From contig CAVUVW010000005.1 of the NCBI GenBank assembly GCA_963745035.1, positions 64,001 to 128,000 on the forward strand: a DNA stretch of 64,000 nt, given 5' to 3'. Below, one piece after another: positions 50,313 to 61,682 of this stretch. A program made the position numbers and the translations under genes. This stretch comes from an uncultured delta proteobacterium (lineage in GTDB: Bacteria; Desulfobacterota; Binatia; UBA9968). Each line of letters begins with the position of its first letter. Position 1 is the first letter of the stretch. The notes beneath the pieces were generated by a model, which saw only the letters and a list, made by a program, of their open reading frames with translations, had not been told where the DNA came from and made no database searches.

Positions 50313-51584
50313 TCAGGTTTCGAGCTTGCGAATTGCCGGGATGAGCCAGGCCACGATCAACGTCAGCAGTATGACGATCGCGCCCATGGTCGCCACCGTG
50401 AGCGGAGCGCCGATGAAATGGGCGGTGGTGCCGGCAAACAAGGCGCCGAGCGGCATGAAGCCACGGTCAAGCATGTACAGGCTCAAAACCCGGCCGCGCA
50501 ACTCGTCGGGCACGATCATTTGCAGTATCGTGGCGGTGCTGGCGAGAAAGAACATTTGAAATATGCCGACGAGCACCAGCGCGACCAGCGCGAGCGGAAA
50601 CCAGGTGATCTGAGAAAAGAGGATCAGAAATGCGCCGAGCACGACGATGCTTCCGACCAACAAAAGACCCTGACGCTTGATGCGGGTGCCGAGCGAGGCC
50701 ATCGTCAGAACCGCGATGACGGCTCCCAGTCCTGGCGCGGCCATCAGCAATCCCAACCCCTCAGGTCCGATCTTGAGCACGTCTTTCTGAAACACCGGCA
50801 TCAAAGTTTGATAGGGCACCGCAAAGATGCGCGGCACGTAGGCGAGCGACATCAATGCCAAAACCGCCGGTGTGGACCAGACGTATGCGAAGCCTTCCTT
50901 GAGGTTGGCGACGGCGGAATTGCGTTTGGCCTCGGCGCGGTGAGGCGGAATGTGCATCCAGTAAATCATCGCCAGCACGCCGGCATAGGCGATCGCTTGC
51001 AGGAAAAAATTTTCCGCCGCGCCGAACCAAGCGATCAAGCCGCCGCCAAGCGCAGGCCCTATGACCTTCATTAAGTTGAAACCGCCGGAATTGAGCGCCA
51101 CTGCGTTCGCCAAATCTTCCTTGGGCACGACATTGGGTATCATGCTCATGCGCACAGGCTCGGTGATTGTCCAGGCGACTCCGGTGATCAACGTGAAAAC
51201 AAAGATGTGCCACACGTGTAAAAAAGGCGATGCCACCAGCGCGCCCATGAGCACGGCTGTAATGATCAACACCCACTGTGTCTGCAGCAGCAATTTGCGG
51301 CGGTCCATGCGGTCGGCGGCGACGCCGGCCATGGGTCCAGTGACCAAGAAAGGCAAAGCGCGCAAGCCATTGAGTGCACCCAGCAGCATGGAATTTCCGG
51401 TGAGATCGTAGAGGAGCCAGCCCAAGGTGACTTGCTGGATCCATTGTCCGGCGCTCATCATCAATGTGCCGGTCCAGAGGTAGCGGTAGTCTAAATGGTG
51501 GAGTGACGCGAAAATCTTGAAACGGAAGCGGCGCTGCGACGAGTCGGCGGGTGCTTTAACGGGTTGCGATATTTCTTCTTCCAA
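50313..51584 (-). CDS. MFS transporter (MFS_3 / DHA3-like)
   Basis: GVAADRMDRRKL motif A; about 12 TM segments; VPDELRGRV. Confidence 0.92.
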   Translation of the reverse strand: MEEEISQPVKAPADSSQRRFRFKIFASLHHLDYRYLWTGTLMMSAGQWIQQVTLGWLLYDLTGNSMLLGALNGLRALPFLVTGPMAGVAADRMDRRKLLLQTQWVLIITAVLMGALVASPFLHVWHIFVFTLITGVAWTITEPVRMSMIPNVVPKEDLANAVALNSGGFNLMKVIGPALGGGLIAWFGAAENFFLQAIAYAGVLAMIYWMHIPPHRAEAKRNSAVANLKEGFAYVWSTPAVLALMSLAYVPRIFAVPYQTLMPVFQKDVLKIGPEGLGLLMAAPGLGAVIAVLTMASLGTRIKRQGLLLVGSIVVLGAFLILFSQITWFPLALVALVLVGIFQMFFLASTATILQMIVPDELRGRVLSLYMLDRGFMPLGALFAGTTAHFIGAPLTVATMGAIVILLTLIVAWLIPAIRKLET

Positions 51585-51749
51585 ATGACGGTGGTCTTTC
51601 TCGCGGGTGCTGCCAAATATCTATCAAGATTCGCCTCGGGTTGCCATCGATTCACGACCAGAGCTCGACAGCTGATCTCCGATGCTCGTTATCGTAGAGC
51701 TAGAGGGCGATGAGAACCGATGCCGAACGGTTGCGGCGGATGGGCAGGT

Positions 51750-52784
51750 CTAGTTTTTCCAAAGCGCGTCGATGAAGCCGCTTTTCTCCAGCCCTTGCAT
51801 CAAGCTCGAGTCGACGACCGCCGCGGGATCGAAACGCTGAGCGCGCGGATTGCGCAGCGCTTCGACTTTGAGGAGAAATTCGATTCCTTTCATGGGCACG
51901 TAAGGCACCTTTTCCTGGAGCCTGGCGGGCGAATCTAAAACGGCGCCGACGGCCTCGGGGTCTTTTGTTCGAATAAATTCGGCGGCCACTTTGAAGCTGT
52001 AGTCGCGATTCTCTCGAAAAAATTTGATTCCCTCGACAAATCCTTTCAAGATTCGCGTCATCGTGTCGCGATTGTTGTGAACGTAGGTTTTGGTGCTGCC
52101 GATGCAGCTCGCTGGGTTGTAAAGACCCGCTTTGTTGAAATCGAGAAGCTCTCTGAACCCGGCCTTCTCCGCAAAGCCGTCGTGCGGCGGGCGGAAAATC
52201 GCGGCGTCGATGGCGCCGTTGCCGAGCGCCACGAGCCGCTCGGCGCCGCTGCCGGCCGCGAGAAAAACGACGTCGCGCTCCGCATTGAGGCCGCGCTCGG
52301 ACAGCGCGTATCGCAGGATGCCGTCATCGATGGTTCCCAGGCGGGTAAGTCCGATGCGCTTTCCTTTGAGATCGTTGATCGAGGCAATTTTGGGATGGGC
52401 AAGCAGCCGCCCATAAGCGTAAGCTGTCGCACAAGCGAGCAGCACCGTGTCGGCTCCCGCCAGCGCGGACACGACCATGGGAGCCGCTCCGGCCATGCTG
52501 ACCGGGACGCTGCCGGAGATCATCGCGGCGGTGAGCAAAGAGCTTCCGGACAGAAGGACCAAGTCAACTTCAAGCCCATGCTTCTTGAAGAAACCGGCAC
52601 GGCGAATCACTTCGATGGTTATGCCGGCGCCAGGCGTGGGATAACCTATGACGAGCTTTGGCGGCCGCTGCGCCACGGCCATGCGCGGCTGCAACAGCGC
52701 CGAAAACAGCAGGAGAGAGAGCGTGATGCTAATGATGAACGGGAGGGGCGGTTTGGCGCGCTGCGATCTGAGAGCAACGCTCAT
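51750..52784 (-). CDS. NitT/TauT-family solute-binding protein (orphan)
   Basis: GFFKKHGLEV, DLKGKRIG, LEKSGFID. Confidence 0.88.
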   Translation of the reverse strand: MSVALRSQRAKPPLPFIISITLSLLLFSALLQPRMAVAQRPPKLVIGYPTPGAGITIEVIRRAGFFKKHGLEVDLVLLSGSSLLTAAMISGSVPVSMAGAAPMVVSALAGADTVLLACATAYAYGRLLAHPKIASINDLKGKRIGLTRLGTIDDGILRYALSERGLNAERDVVFLAAGSGAERLVALGNGAIDAAIFRPPHDGFAEKAGFRELLDFNKAGLYNPASCIGSTKTYVHNNRDTMTRILKGFVEGIKFFRENRDYSFKVAAEFIRTKDPEAVGAVLDSPARLQEKVPYVPMKGIEFLLKVEALRNPRAQRFDPAAVVDSSLMQGLEKSGFIDALWKN

Positions 52785-53559
52785 GCGGCATCCCGAAAAA
52801 GCATCAGCTGATTACCGTCCGGATCGCGCAGCAGGAATTCCGCTGATGAATTCTCGCTATTTCCGCTTCCCGCCACCGTGATGCCCGCGCGACTCGCTAG
52901 TTCGAGCATTTTGTTTTCATCGACAAGGCGGAAGCCGAGGCAATGAAAGCCGGCGTCCGACGACGAGTCGCACCTTACCAACTCTAAGTCGGTGGCGCCG
53001 TCGGTCAGACAATTTTTCCCGAAGTCTCCTTTGCGAGCGTCATCCCGAAGCCGCGCCGGTAGAATTCCGACAACGACGCGATATTCTCGCCGCCGATGAC
53101 GATGCGGTTGATCTGGGAGGGCGCCTGTACGGAGAGCGATTGCAGCTCCTCTTCACTGACGGGCTTGTAACCCATCTCAGAAAGATCGATCCGATTGCCT
53201 TCGGGATCGTGCGCGCGCCACTCGGTGAACGTTCGGCCTGCCGGTCTCTTGGAGATCTCGCAAGCGGGATAATTTTTACGCAGGTGGTTTTTTGCGGCTT
53301 CCACGTCGGCAATCTGAAAGCCGAAGTGGTCAAAGCCTTTGGCTTGCGGTTCGCCGACTTCGTCGATGCGCAGCTTTTCTTCGCCGACGCCGCGCCAGGG
53401 ATTGAGCGCCAACAGCGTGCGGCCGTCCCAGAGCTGCACCGCGTTACGCGTGTGGACGATCTTCATGTCGAAGACATCGCGGTAAAACGGCGCTAGCTCG
53501 CGCGGAGTTCTCGTAAAAAGAGCGACGTGAACGATTCGGGGCGCCGCATGTTCCGGCAT
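52781..53559 (-). CDS. Two-domain VOC protein, frameshift near 53010
   Basis: HVAL..., FDHFGF, HDPEGNRIDLSE; C-terminus RDPDGNQL lies in the 52781..52981 frame. Confidence 0.8.
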
Positions 53560-53611
53560 GCAAAATCTCCTGGTTGTCTCGCGCTCGATTTAGGCGCTTA
53601 TGGGGAACCGA

Positions 53612-54049
53612 TCATGAATTCGCGAGCTCTTCAAACGTGTGCTCCGGCATGCCGGCCTTCCAGGTCGGGTCGCGCAATTCGAGGCGGTTGCCGCTCGGAT
53701 CGAAGAAGTAAAGCTCTCTACCGGTGAAATAACCTTTGCCGCGATAATAAAGCCGGTCGATGGGAACCTTGCGCTCCTTGAAAACCTTGCACGCCTTAAC
53801 CAAGGTTTCGGGCGTGACGGTGAAAGAGTGGTGCACGTTCTGCTCTTCTTTGTGGGACTTGTCGACGTCGGGCGCGCGCTCGCAGAGAAGAATGTTTTGA
53901 TCGCCGACGCTGAAGCAGGACATGCCCGAATTGCCCAGGCGCCCGCGCGCGTTGAGTCCAAGCAGATCGCCGTAAAACTTTTCCGCCTCGTCGAGATTAT
54001 TCACCGGAATCGACCAGTGCGTGATGCCTTCGATATTCAACACTCCCAT
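53612..54049 (-). CDS. VOC/glyoxalase family protein
   Basis: ITHWSIPVNNL, HHSF, FFDPSGNRLE; GGAGG SD. Confidence 0.9.
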   Translation of the reverse strand: MGVLNIEGITHWSIPVNNLDEAEKFYGDLLGLNARGRLGNSGMSCFSVGDQNILLCERAPDVDKSHKEEQNVHHSFTVTPETLVKACKVFKERKVPIDRLYYRGKGYFTGRELYFFDPSGNRLELRDPTWKAGMPEHTFEELANS

Positions 54050-54196
54050 AAAACCTCCTTTGCGTCCTTGTTTGGCTAGCCTGTCCATAAATAGGGCAAA
54101 CGGATGATCTCCGTCAAGCGTCCGTAGGGACTCTTGTCATGCGCGTGAGTTATCTCATAGGATGCGCCCAAGCATAACAATCCACAAGGAGGACTC

Positions 54197-54565
54197 ATGG
54201 CACGTATTCGCCACCTGGCCATACTCACGGAGGACGTGGACAAGCTAGTGAAATTTTACACGAGCATGTTCGGTCTAAAGATCGTTCACGGTGTCGGGAC
54301 GGCGACCTATTTGTCCGACGGCCATATCAATCTCGCCATCATTCCCATCGGCCCGGAGCGCGAGATCGAAGGGCCTCAGCTCCGGCCGGGCATCAATCAC
54401 TTCGGGTTCGAGGTGAAGAATGTCGACGCCTTGCGTGAGGCATGCAACGAACTCAACGCCTCGTCGGACATCGACAAGCGGCCGCCCAATCGCGAGGCCG
54501 AATTTCGCGTTCATGATCCTGACGGCAATCCGATCGATCTTTCGCAGCACGGTTGGCCGATCTAG
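54197..54565 (+). CDS. VOC/glyoxalase family protein
   Basis: RIRHLAI, INHFGF, HDPDGNPIDLS; AGGAGG SD. Confidence 0.9.
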   Translation: MARIRHLAILTEDVDKLVKFYTSMFGLKIVHGVGTATYLSDGHINLAIIPIGPEREIEGPQLRPGINHFGFEVKNVDALREACNELNASSDIDKRPPNREAEFRVHDPDGNPIDLSQHGWPI

Positions 54566-54600
54566 CGGTAGTGACTCATATTTAGTCAACAAGCATAAAA

Positions 54601-54670
54601 CAGATTCTCCGCTGCGCGCTCAGAATGACGCTCAGGTGGAGTTGTCATCCTGAACAAAGTGAAGGATCTG
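54601..54670. repeat. BIME-like pair of REP palindromes between convergent genes
   Basis: CAGATTCTCCGCTGCGCGCTCAGAATGAC...TGTCATCCTGAACAAAGTGAAGGATCTG. Confidence 0.6.
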
Positions 54671-54709
54671 CTTTCAAGTCGAGTGTAACCATTAGCAGAT
54701 CGCTGACAG

Positions 54710-55750
54710 TTAGCGCAGTCTTTTCCGCGCCGCCGGCAAGAAGCCGGTTTCTTCCAGGTTGCGCACGAAAACCGGGTTCATGAGCTGATTGAGATCGACC
54801 TGGGCAACCTTGGGATTGATCTTACTCACGATGCGCTGGACGATTTTCCACGCGGCCGGATCGGGCATGACTTCGACCGTTGCCATTTCGGCCAGTACCT
54901 TGTAGGACGCTTCGGCGTCCTCGGCGGTGGGAAAGCGAAAATTTCGCCGCAGGATTTCAACGATCTCCGGCTTGGCGCTCGGATCATGAATCAAAACGAC
55001 GGCGTCGACGAGTCCTCTGAGCAGGCGCGACAACGTATCGGCGGAATTCGACGCAGACTCGCGCAGGAAACAAATCGTCGTCCCTTGATAGGGAATGTTG
55101 AGCTTGCCGATATCCGCCAGAACATTCGCGCCCGCGCGCTTGGCCGCTTCGCTGAAGCTGTAGGGAATGACCGTGGCATCGACGCCGCCGGTGCCCAAAG
55201 CCTGCGTGACCGTGGCCGTGTCGCCAAGCACGCGCATCTTGAGATCGTATTTTTCCGGATCGATGCCGAGGCCGTCCAGCGCGATCATGGTCTGCAGCCA
55301 AAAACCGCCGCCGATGCTTTGCACGCCGAAAGTCTTGCCGCGAAGATCTTCCAGAGTGCGTATTTCTTTGCGCGCGATCAGCTCGCGCGGGATCCTATGC
55401 ACCGGCGAAGCGGCGCATTGAATCCGCATGCCGCCCGCGGAGGCGCTGAGCGCGTTCGCCGGCGAGCCATAGTTGTATTGAACCTGCCCGGTGGCGAGCG
55501 TCGCCATGCTCAGCGAGCCATTTCGTAGCTGTACCATGCGCACGTCGAGGCCGTATTTCTTGAAGGTCCCTTTGGCGATGCCGACCCACATGGGCCCGAC
55601 CGTTTCGTTCTGCCCGGCATAGGCTGAGAGAATCGGCACAGGAGTTTGGGCAAAGGCGTTCGGTAGCAGCGCGAGCGCGATAAAGACGGTCAACAGAAAG
55701 TGTGAAGATGGATTTGCCGGCGTCGATACGAGCAAGTGAGAATTTTTCAT
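54710..55750 (-). CDS. NitT/TauT-family solute-binding protein (orphan)
   Basis: GTFKKYGLDV, DLRGKTFG, LEETGF. Confidence 0.88.
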   Translation of the reverse strand: MKNSHLLVSTPANPSSHFLLTVFIALALLPNAFAQTPVPILSAYAGQNETVGPMWVGIAKGTFKKYGLDVRMVQLRNGSLSMATLATGQVQYNYGSPANALSASAGGMRIQCAASPVHRIPRELIARKEIRTLEDLRGKTFGVQSIGGGFWLQTMIALDGLGIDPEKYDLKMRVLGDTATVTQALGTGGVDATVIPYSFSEAAKRAGANVLADIGKLNIPYQGTTICFLRESASNSADTLSRLLRGLVDAVVLIHDPSAKPEIVEILRRNFRFPTAEDAEASYKVLAEMATVEVMPDPAAWKIVQRIVSKINPKVAQVDLNQLMNPVFVRNLEETGFLPAARKRLR

Positions 55751-55779
55751 CGGCTACTCCGTTCTGATTTAGCCGCGGT

Positions 55780-56789
55780 TCATTGCCAAAGACGTTTGAA
55801 GAATCCCGATTTCTCGAGCTCATCGACGTAGCGGTTCTCGTAATATGCTGAAAGCGGAGTTTTTTGCGCGGCAACCGGATCGATGAGCTTGAGTCCGACC
55901 AATTGCTCGGCCAGATCCTTGAAGACATCGGGCGGCACGCGCGAGATCTTTGGCGAAAGCATCGACGCTCGCCTGGTAGCTTTCATCGAGCATGTTCTGG
56001 CGGGTCACTTTGGTGTACTTGCTGAGAACTTTGGTGGCGAAAGTCTTGTCGTCGTGCAGTTGCTTCAGGCCAGTGGAGACGGCGCTAATAAAGCGTTTGA
56101 CGATCTCGCCATTCTTTTCCGCGAACCCGCGCCGCGCCACGATTCCCTGCTCGATGAAACGGATATTCATATCGCGAATTTGCTTGATGCTGACCAGCTC
56201 GCGAAACCCTTTTTCGCGCAGCACGACGCTTTGCGGTGCGGGAATCATGGCGCCGGCGATGGCGTTGGTGCTGAGCGCCGTCATCGATTCCGGATAACCG
56301 CCGGTCTGAATAATCACCGCATCATTAACATTGGACCGGTCTAAAATTGCCTTGGCCGTGAAATGGGAGACGGAACCGAAGCGAGTGACGCCGACCCTTT
56401 TTCCGGCTGAGCTGAGCGATTTGGGTAATCGCCGGCTGTACGTAGAGCGGCACGCTGAAGGATTTGACCAGCGCAGCTACTTGAATCACGTCGCCGCCTT
56501 TGAGCACGTTGGAGATCACCGCCGGTCCGGCCATCCCCGCGAGGTCGGCTTCTCCGGCGAGCATGGATTGCACGATCAGAGACGACGCGCCGGCGAATAC
56601 CGGATCGACTTCGAGTCCGTGCTTTTCGAAAAGCTTGGCTTCGTAGGCGATCAGCCAGGGAAGGCTGTGATAGGAGATCGGCGAGTAGGGGAATTTGATT
56701 TTGTCGAGCGCGGTGGCGTGTTTGACAGAGAAAGAAACTGTCGAGACAATGGCCAGAAAGAGAAGCGCGCACAATGAACGTCGTTGCAT
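55780..56789 (-). CDS. NitT/TauT-family solute-binding protein, frameshifts near 56400 and 55960
   Basis: Consecutive ORFs 56325..56789, 55820..56317 and 55780..55986 form one SBP. Confidence 0.82.
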
Positions 56790-56837
56790 CTCCGAACTCC
56801 TCCCGGCGCATTTGCCGCAGGCCGAAAAAACGACGGA

Positions 56838-57866
56838 TCAGATTTTGTAAAAGCGCCGGGCGTTTACTCCCAGGATCGCGTCTTTGTGCTCGTCGCGCAG
56901 GTCATGCCGCTCGACGATCTCTTTGATCTCCTCCAGACAATTGTCGAGGGAAATCTCGTGGGGAAAGTCCGACGCGAACATAAACGGCTCGGGGCCGACC
57001 CGCTCGATGGCGTAGGCGAGCGCCTTCTCGTTGCCCTCGCAGCTGACGAACATCTTGCCGCTGCGAAAATAATCGACGGGTTTGCGTCGAATGCGCAGCC
57101 CGCCGTATTCCAGCTCTCTTTCCAAACGATCGAGCACCATGGGAATCCAACTGGTGCCGCCTTCCAGGAAGCCGACGCGCAGATTGGGAAATTCGTCGAA
57201 TACGCCGTCGACGATCATGCCCGTCGCGGCGATGGCCAAGGGAACCGGCATGCCGAGCGCTCGCGTGGCCGGGAAGACAGTGTAGGTATTGAAACCAAGA
57301 TCGCCGTAGCAGCCGCCGTGCACGGCGAGGGCGCAGTCGAGCTTGGCGGCTTCCTCGTACACCGGCCAGAAATGTTTTGCGCTCAGGTGCGGATTGAGGC
57401 CGTTGGACGGCAGCATCGCGCCGACCATGCCCAAATCCTTGACCGCGCGGCGCAGCTCCGTGACCGCCGCCGGAACATCTTGCAGCGGGATTAAAGCGAT
57501 GCCCTTTAGCCGAGAACTGAATTTGAGATACTTTGCGTGCAGCCAGTCGTTGTAGGCTCTTGCGTAAGCGATGGCCCAGGGAGGAAATGCCACCTGTCCG
57601 AAGGCCAATCCTTCGGTAGGGTAGAGCGCGCTGAATTCCAGCCCCATCTTTTCGAGAAACTGCAGCCATTTTTCCGGGCCGACGTTGGGATCGAAGGTGC
57701 CGGGCTTGCGCTCTTCCAATCTCGGCGTGTGAAAACGATCGAGGGTCGGCAGCATGCGCCGGGGATTCATATGCCCGGTGGTTTTAAAGGGTTCGCCGAC
57801 GTAGCTGATCAGCTCGTCGACCTTCTCCATCACATGGCCGTCGCAATCGACGTATTTGTTTGGCAT
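56838..57866 (-). CDS. Amidohydrolase_2 family protein (tandem paralog B)
   Basis: VDCDGHVME, AYNDWL, VHGG, FLEGG, ASDFPHE. Confidence 0.9.
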   Translation of the reverse strand: MPNKYVDCDGHVMEKVDELISYVGEPFKTTGHMNPRRMLPTLDRFHTPRLEERKPGTFDPNVGPEKWLQFLEKMGLEFSALYPTEGLAFGQVAFPPWAIAYARAYNDWLHAKYLKFSSRLKGIALIPLQDVPAAVTELRRAVKDLGMVGAMLPSNGLNPHLSAKHFWPVYEEAAKLDCALAVHGGCYGDLGFNTYTVFPATRALGMPVPLAIAATGMIVDGVFDEFPNLRVGFLEGGTSWIPMVLDRLERELEYGGLRIRRKPVDYFRSGKMFVSCEGNEKALAYAIERVGPEPFMFASDFPHEISLDNCLEEIKEIVERHDLRDEHKDAILGVNARRFYKI

Positions 57867-57883
57867 GGTCAACTCCGTTGATG

Positions 57884-57906
57884 AGGGCGACCGCCGGTCG
57901 CCCCTA
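57884..57906. repeat. GTAG-type REP palindrome (degenerate relative at 46916..46936)
   Basis: AGGGCGACCGCCGGTCGCCCCTA. Confidence 0.55.
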
Positions 57907-57928
57907 GCATGAGATCGTGTGAGTCCGG

Positions 57929-58958
57929 TTAAATTTTATAGAACTGCCGGGCGTTGTCGCCTAGGATCGCCGCTTTGTGTTCCTGTTTCAGATCGTTGCG
58001 CTCGACGATTTCGTTGATCTCTTCCATGCAGTTGCCGAGCGAAATCTCGTGCGGGAAAGTCGGAGGCGAACATGAACGGCGCCGGGCCGACGCGCTCGAT
58101 GGCGTAGGCGAGGGCCTTTTCGTTGCCTTCGCAGCCGACAAAGATGCGGCCGCTGGTGAAATAATCTTCAGGTTTGCGTTTCAACTGAAGACCGCCGTAT
58201 TCCAGCTCGCGTTCCAGCCGATCGATGACGATCGGTATCCATGCCGTGCCGCCTTCGAGGAAGCCGATGCGCAGTTTCGGAAACTGATCGAGCATGCCTT
58301 CGACGATCATGCCGGTTGCGGCGATCGCCAACGGAAAGGGCATGCCCAGCGCGCGCGTCGCGGGAAACACGCCGAAGCTATTGAAACCCAAGTCACCGTA
58401 GCAGCCGCCGTGCACGGCGAGAGCGCAGTCGAGCTTTTCCGCTTCCTCGTAGACCGGCCAATATTCTTTGGCGCCGAGGTGAAATCTGAGTCCGTTCGAG
58501 GGCAGCATGGCGCCGAGCATGCCCAACTCTTTCACCGCCCGGCGCAATTCGGCCACGGCGCTCGGTACGTCTTGCATCGGGATCAAGGCGACGCCCTTCA
58601 ACTTTGGACTGAATTTCAAATATTTTTCATAAAGCCAGTCGTTGTAGCCGCGAGCGTAAGCGACCGCCCATTGAACGAACGAGATCTGGCCGTAAGCCAG
58701 GCCTTCGGTGGGAAACAGCACGCTGTATTCGAGCCCGGTTTTGTTGAGAAACTCCATCCACTTCTCCGGCCCGATCGACGGATCGAAAGTTCCCGGCGTG
58801 CGCCGCTGCAAGCGCGGCGTGTGAAAGCGATCCAAGCTCGGCACCATGCGCCGCGGGTTGATCTCGCCTTCGATGCCGTTCACTTTGCCGATGCGCTCGG
58901 CGATTTCATCGACCCGCTCCATGACATGTCCGTCGCAATCGACATACTGATTCGCCAT
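57929..58958 (-). CDS. Amidohydrolase_2 family protein (tandem paralog A), frameshift near 58055
   Basis: Highly similar to 56838..57866; C-terminus lies in the 57929..58141 frame. Confidence 0.88.
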
Positions 58959-59135
58959 TGGATTCCCCCTTTGACAACGATCTGTGTTCTGAATAGTGAA
59001 GCGAGAGGGCTGACTGTCAACAGATAATTTCTACGATTCTCACGCTCCAGCCGCGTCCAAGTACTGGAACAACCCTTCAATACGCTTGTCACCGAGCATC
59101 TCTTGGTTTATTGCTAACCGCAAGGAGGCGTGATC

Positions 59136-59987
59136 ATGCCCTATGTGAAAGCGAAAGACGGTGTCGACATCTACTACGAAGTCTCCGGCCAGGGGACGCC
59201 GTTTTTGTTTCTAAGCGAGACCGCTTGCGACGGCGCGGTGTGGAATCTTTATCAGGTTCCGGAGTTTGCACGCGACCATCGCGTCGTCATTCTCGATTAT
59301 CGCGGCACGGGTTTGTCCGGCAAGCCCTCGTCGAAATACAGCACGGATATGTTCGCTGACGACGCCGCGACGGTCCTCGATCATCTTGGGCTCGATGGCG
59401 CGGTCGTTTGCGGCCATTCCATGGGCGGCAGAGTTGCGCAACTTCTCGCGCTGGATCATCCGCGCAAAGTCAGTAAATTGATCCTTGCCTCCAGCGGAGC
59501 GGCGCATCCCGGTGACCGAGGCATCCCGCTCCGGATCGCTAAAGAAATGGTCGAGATGGGCTATGAAAGATACGTGCGGGATCACACGATCGTCGTCGGT
59601 TGGACCGAAGTCTACGCGCGCAACCACATGAACCTGATCGAAAAATATCTCCAGGTGCGCATGGCCAACCTCTGTCCGGTGGAGTTTTATTTTCGTCATG
59701 TCTTGGCGCGCCAGGAGCATGACACGAGCGGGCGGCTGAAGGACATCACAGTGCCGACCTTGATCTTCGTGGGCGACGACGATCATTTCGTCGTCAGCGA
59801 CATGTCGCACCGCAGCGGCGCGGATATTCTTGCCAAGGGTATTCCCAATTCTAAGCTCATCGTTTTGCCCGGCGAGCGGCATAGCTATTTTTATACCGAG
59901 CCGGAAACTGTTCACGGCATGATTCGACAATTTCTCAGAGTTAAATCGAGAGCAGCGGATTTCCTCAGCGAATCTATTTATGCGTGA
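59136..59987 (+). CDS. Alpha/beta hydrolase
   Basis: LDYRGTG.S, GHSMGG, VPTLI.VG.DD, GERH. Confidence 0.92.
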   Translation: MPYVKAKDGVDIYYEVSGQGTPFLFLSETACDGAVWNLYQVPEFARDHRVVILDYRGTGLSGKPSSKYSTDMFADDAATVLDHLGLDGAVVCGHSMGGRVAQLLALDHPRKVSKLILASSGAAHPGDRGIPLRIAKEMVEMGYERYVRDHTIVVGWTEVYARNHMNLIEKYLQVRMANLCPVEFYFRHVLARQEHDTSGRLKDITVPTLIFVGDDDHFVVSDMSHRSGADILAKGIPNSKLIVLPGERHSYFYTEPETVHGMIRQFLRVKSRAADFLSESIYA

Positions 59988-59998
59988 TGGAGGAAGTC

Positions 59999-61319
59999 AT
60001 GGCATACGGCGCGAAGGGTAGGACCAAAGACTTTCCGGTGTTCGATTGCGACAGCCACATTTACGAGCCGCCGGAGATCTGGGACAAATATATTCCGCAG
60101 AACAATCGCGATTTCGCCAAGACGCATTTCTACCGGGATGCCGACCGGCTCTTCCTGGTGCGCAACGGGAAAATCAGCTTCAGGGATCCCGACAAGTGGA
60201 AGTATCCCGGTGAAACCTGGCATCCAGGTTTAACCAAGAAGATCATCGGCGAAACGCAGCCGGGGACCAAAGAGTGGGATGAAAAAATCGGCAGGAACAA
60301 AAGCGCCAGAGATCCGCATGCGCGGCTCAAGGACATGGATGCCGCCGGCATCGATCAGGTGATGATCTTCCCATCGACGTTTGTTTATTTGCCGCTGGTC
60401 GAGAACGCCGACGCGGCATACATCTGTGCGCGGGCTTATAACGACTGGGCGTATGACTATTGCAGCGCGGATAAGAAACGCCTCTATCCGGCGGCGGTCC
60501 TGCCGGTACAAAACGTCGACTATGCGATCGAAGAACTGCGGCGCGTCGCGAAACGCGGCTTCAAATGCGCTTTGGTGCGGCCGATCATCGCTCAAGGCAA
60601 ATATCCCACGTTTCCGGAATTCGACCCGCTGTGGAGGGAATTCGAAGAGCTCGGCGTGGTGCTCGGCATGCACACGTTTCCATCCCGCGGCGAGGCGATG
60701 TCGCCGCGAATTGGGCGAACGCATGGGTGCCAACCGCAAACGTCTGTTCGGCGATGAAGATCAATTGGTCTATTCACCGGGGCAGTTCGTCGCCAACATC
60801 ATGCAGATCATGGGCTCGAAGCAGGCGGGCGATGCGGCGTATGGATTTATCGCCGAAGCGATGACTTGGACGGGCGTCGTGCTCATGACCGGCTGGCTGG
60901 AAAAGTTTCCGCGCCTGAAAGTTGCGATTCTAGAGTCCAACTCGAGCTGGCTGCCGCTGGTGTTGGAAAAGGCGGAAACTTATCTCGACCTCTACAAACA
61001 CATCGGCGAAAAGATCGGCGATCCGCACGATGTATTCTACAAGCATTGCTTCATCGCCTTCGAGAGCGACGAGATCGTGACCTTGCGCTTATGGGATCTG
61101 TACGAGAACATCGCGCTTTGGTCTTCGGACATGCCGCATCTGGATGCCTCGGACGTTTGGGAGGCGATCGACAATATGAACAAATGGAAAGTGCCCCAGA
61201 ACGTCCAGGAAAAAATGCTCGGCGGCAACGCCAGGCGGCTGTATGGCATCGAGCCCGAGCTGGTGGTTACGAAGGCACCGAACAACTATGCGCCGCAGAC
61301 AATGTCGCGCTATGGGTGA
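59999..61319 (+). CDS. Amidohydrolase_2 family protein, frameshift near 60705
   Basis: FDCDSHIYEP, DMDAAGID, AYNDW; second half LESNSSW, SSDMPHLD lies in another frame. Confidence 0.87.
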
Positions 61320-61411
61320 AATCGTCAAGCGAACGCAGGTTCAAATCCGTTCGATCGCCGCGGGCTAATTCGTCGCGGTTTGTTGCGTCAAACTAAGTTC
61401 CTTTCGAAGAC

Positions 61412-61490
61412 CGTCATTCCCGCATGCTTTTAGCGGGAATCCAGGCGAATCCGGAACTGGCCCCGCCGATAAAGACATTCCGCGGTGACG
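61412..61490. repeat. Composite REP element, copy 2
   Basis: CGTCATTCCCGCATGCTTTTAGCGGGAATCCAG-GCGAATCCGGAA-CTGGCCCCGCCGATAAAGACATTCCGCGGTGACG. Confidence 0.7.
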
Positions 61491-61682
61491 CCTTTGAAAA
61501 ATTCTCGTCGTGGTCTTCTGATACCCACAGCCCGCTGCGGGGTAGTTCATGGGATTCAAATCCTTCAAATGGTGGCGCGATTTGACTGCGCGTGCGCCCC
61601 ACCGTCACTCGATTTTGCCTTTCGCTACGTCAGGTCCCCGTGGGTAAAGAATCGTCCGACGATCAACTTTCCGGCTTCCCAA

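Noticed and set aside
61334-61352. GCAGGTTCAAATCC resembling a tRNA T-arm
   Set aside because: The T-stem is incomplete, and no acceptor stem, D-arm or anticodon arm can be formed.
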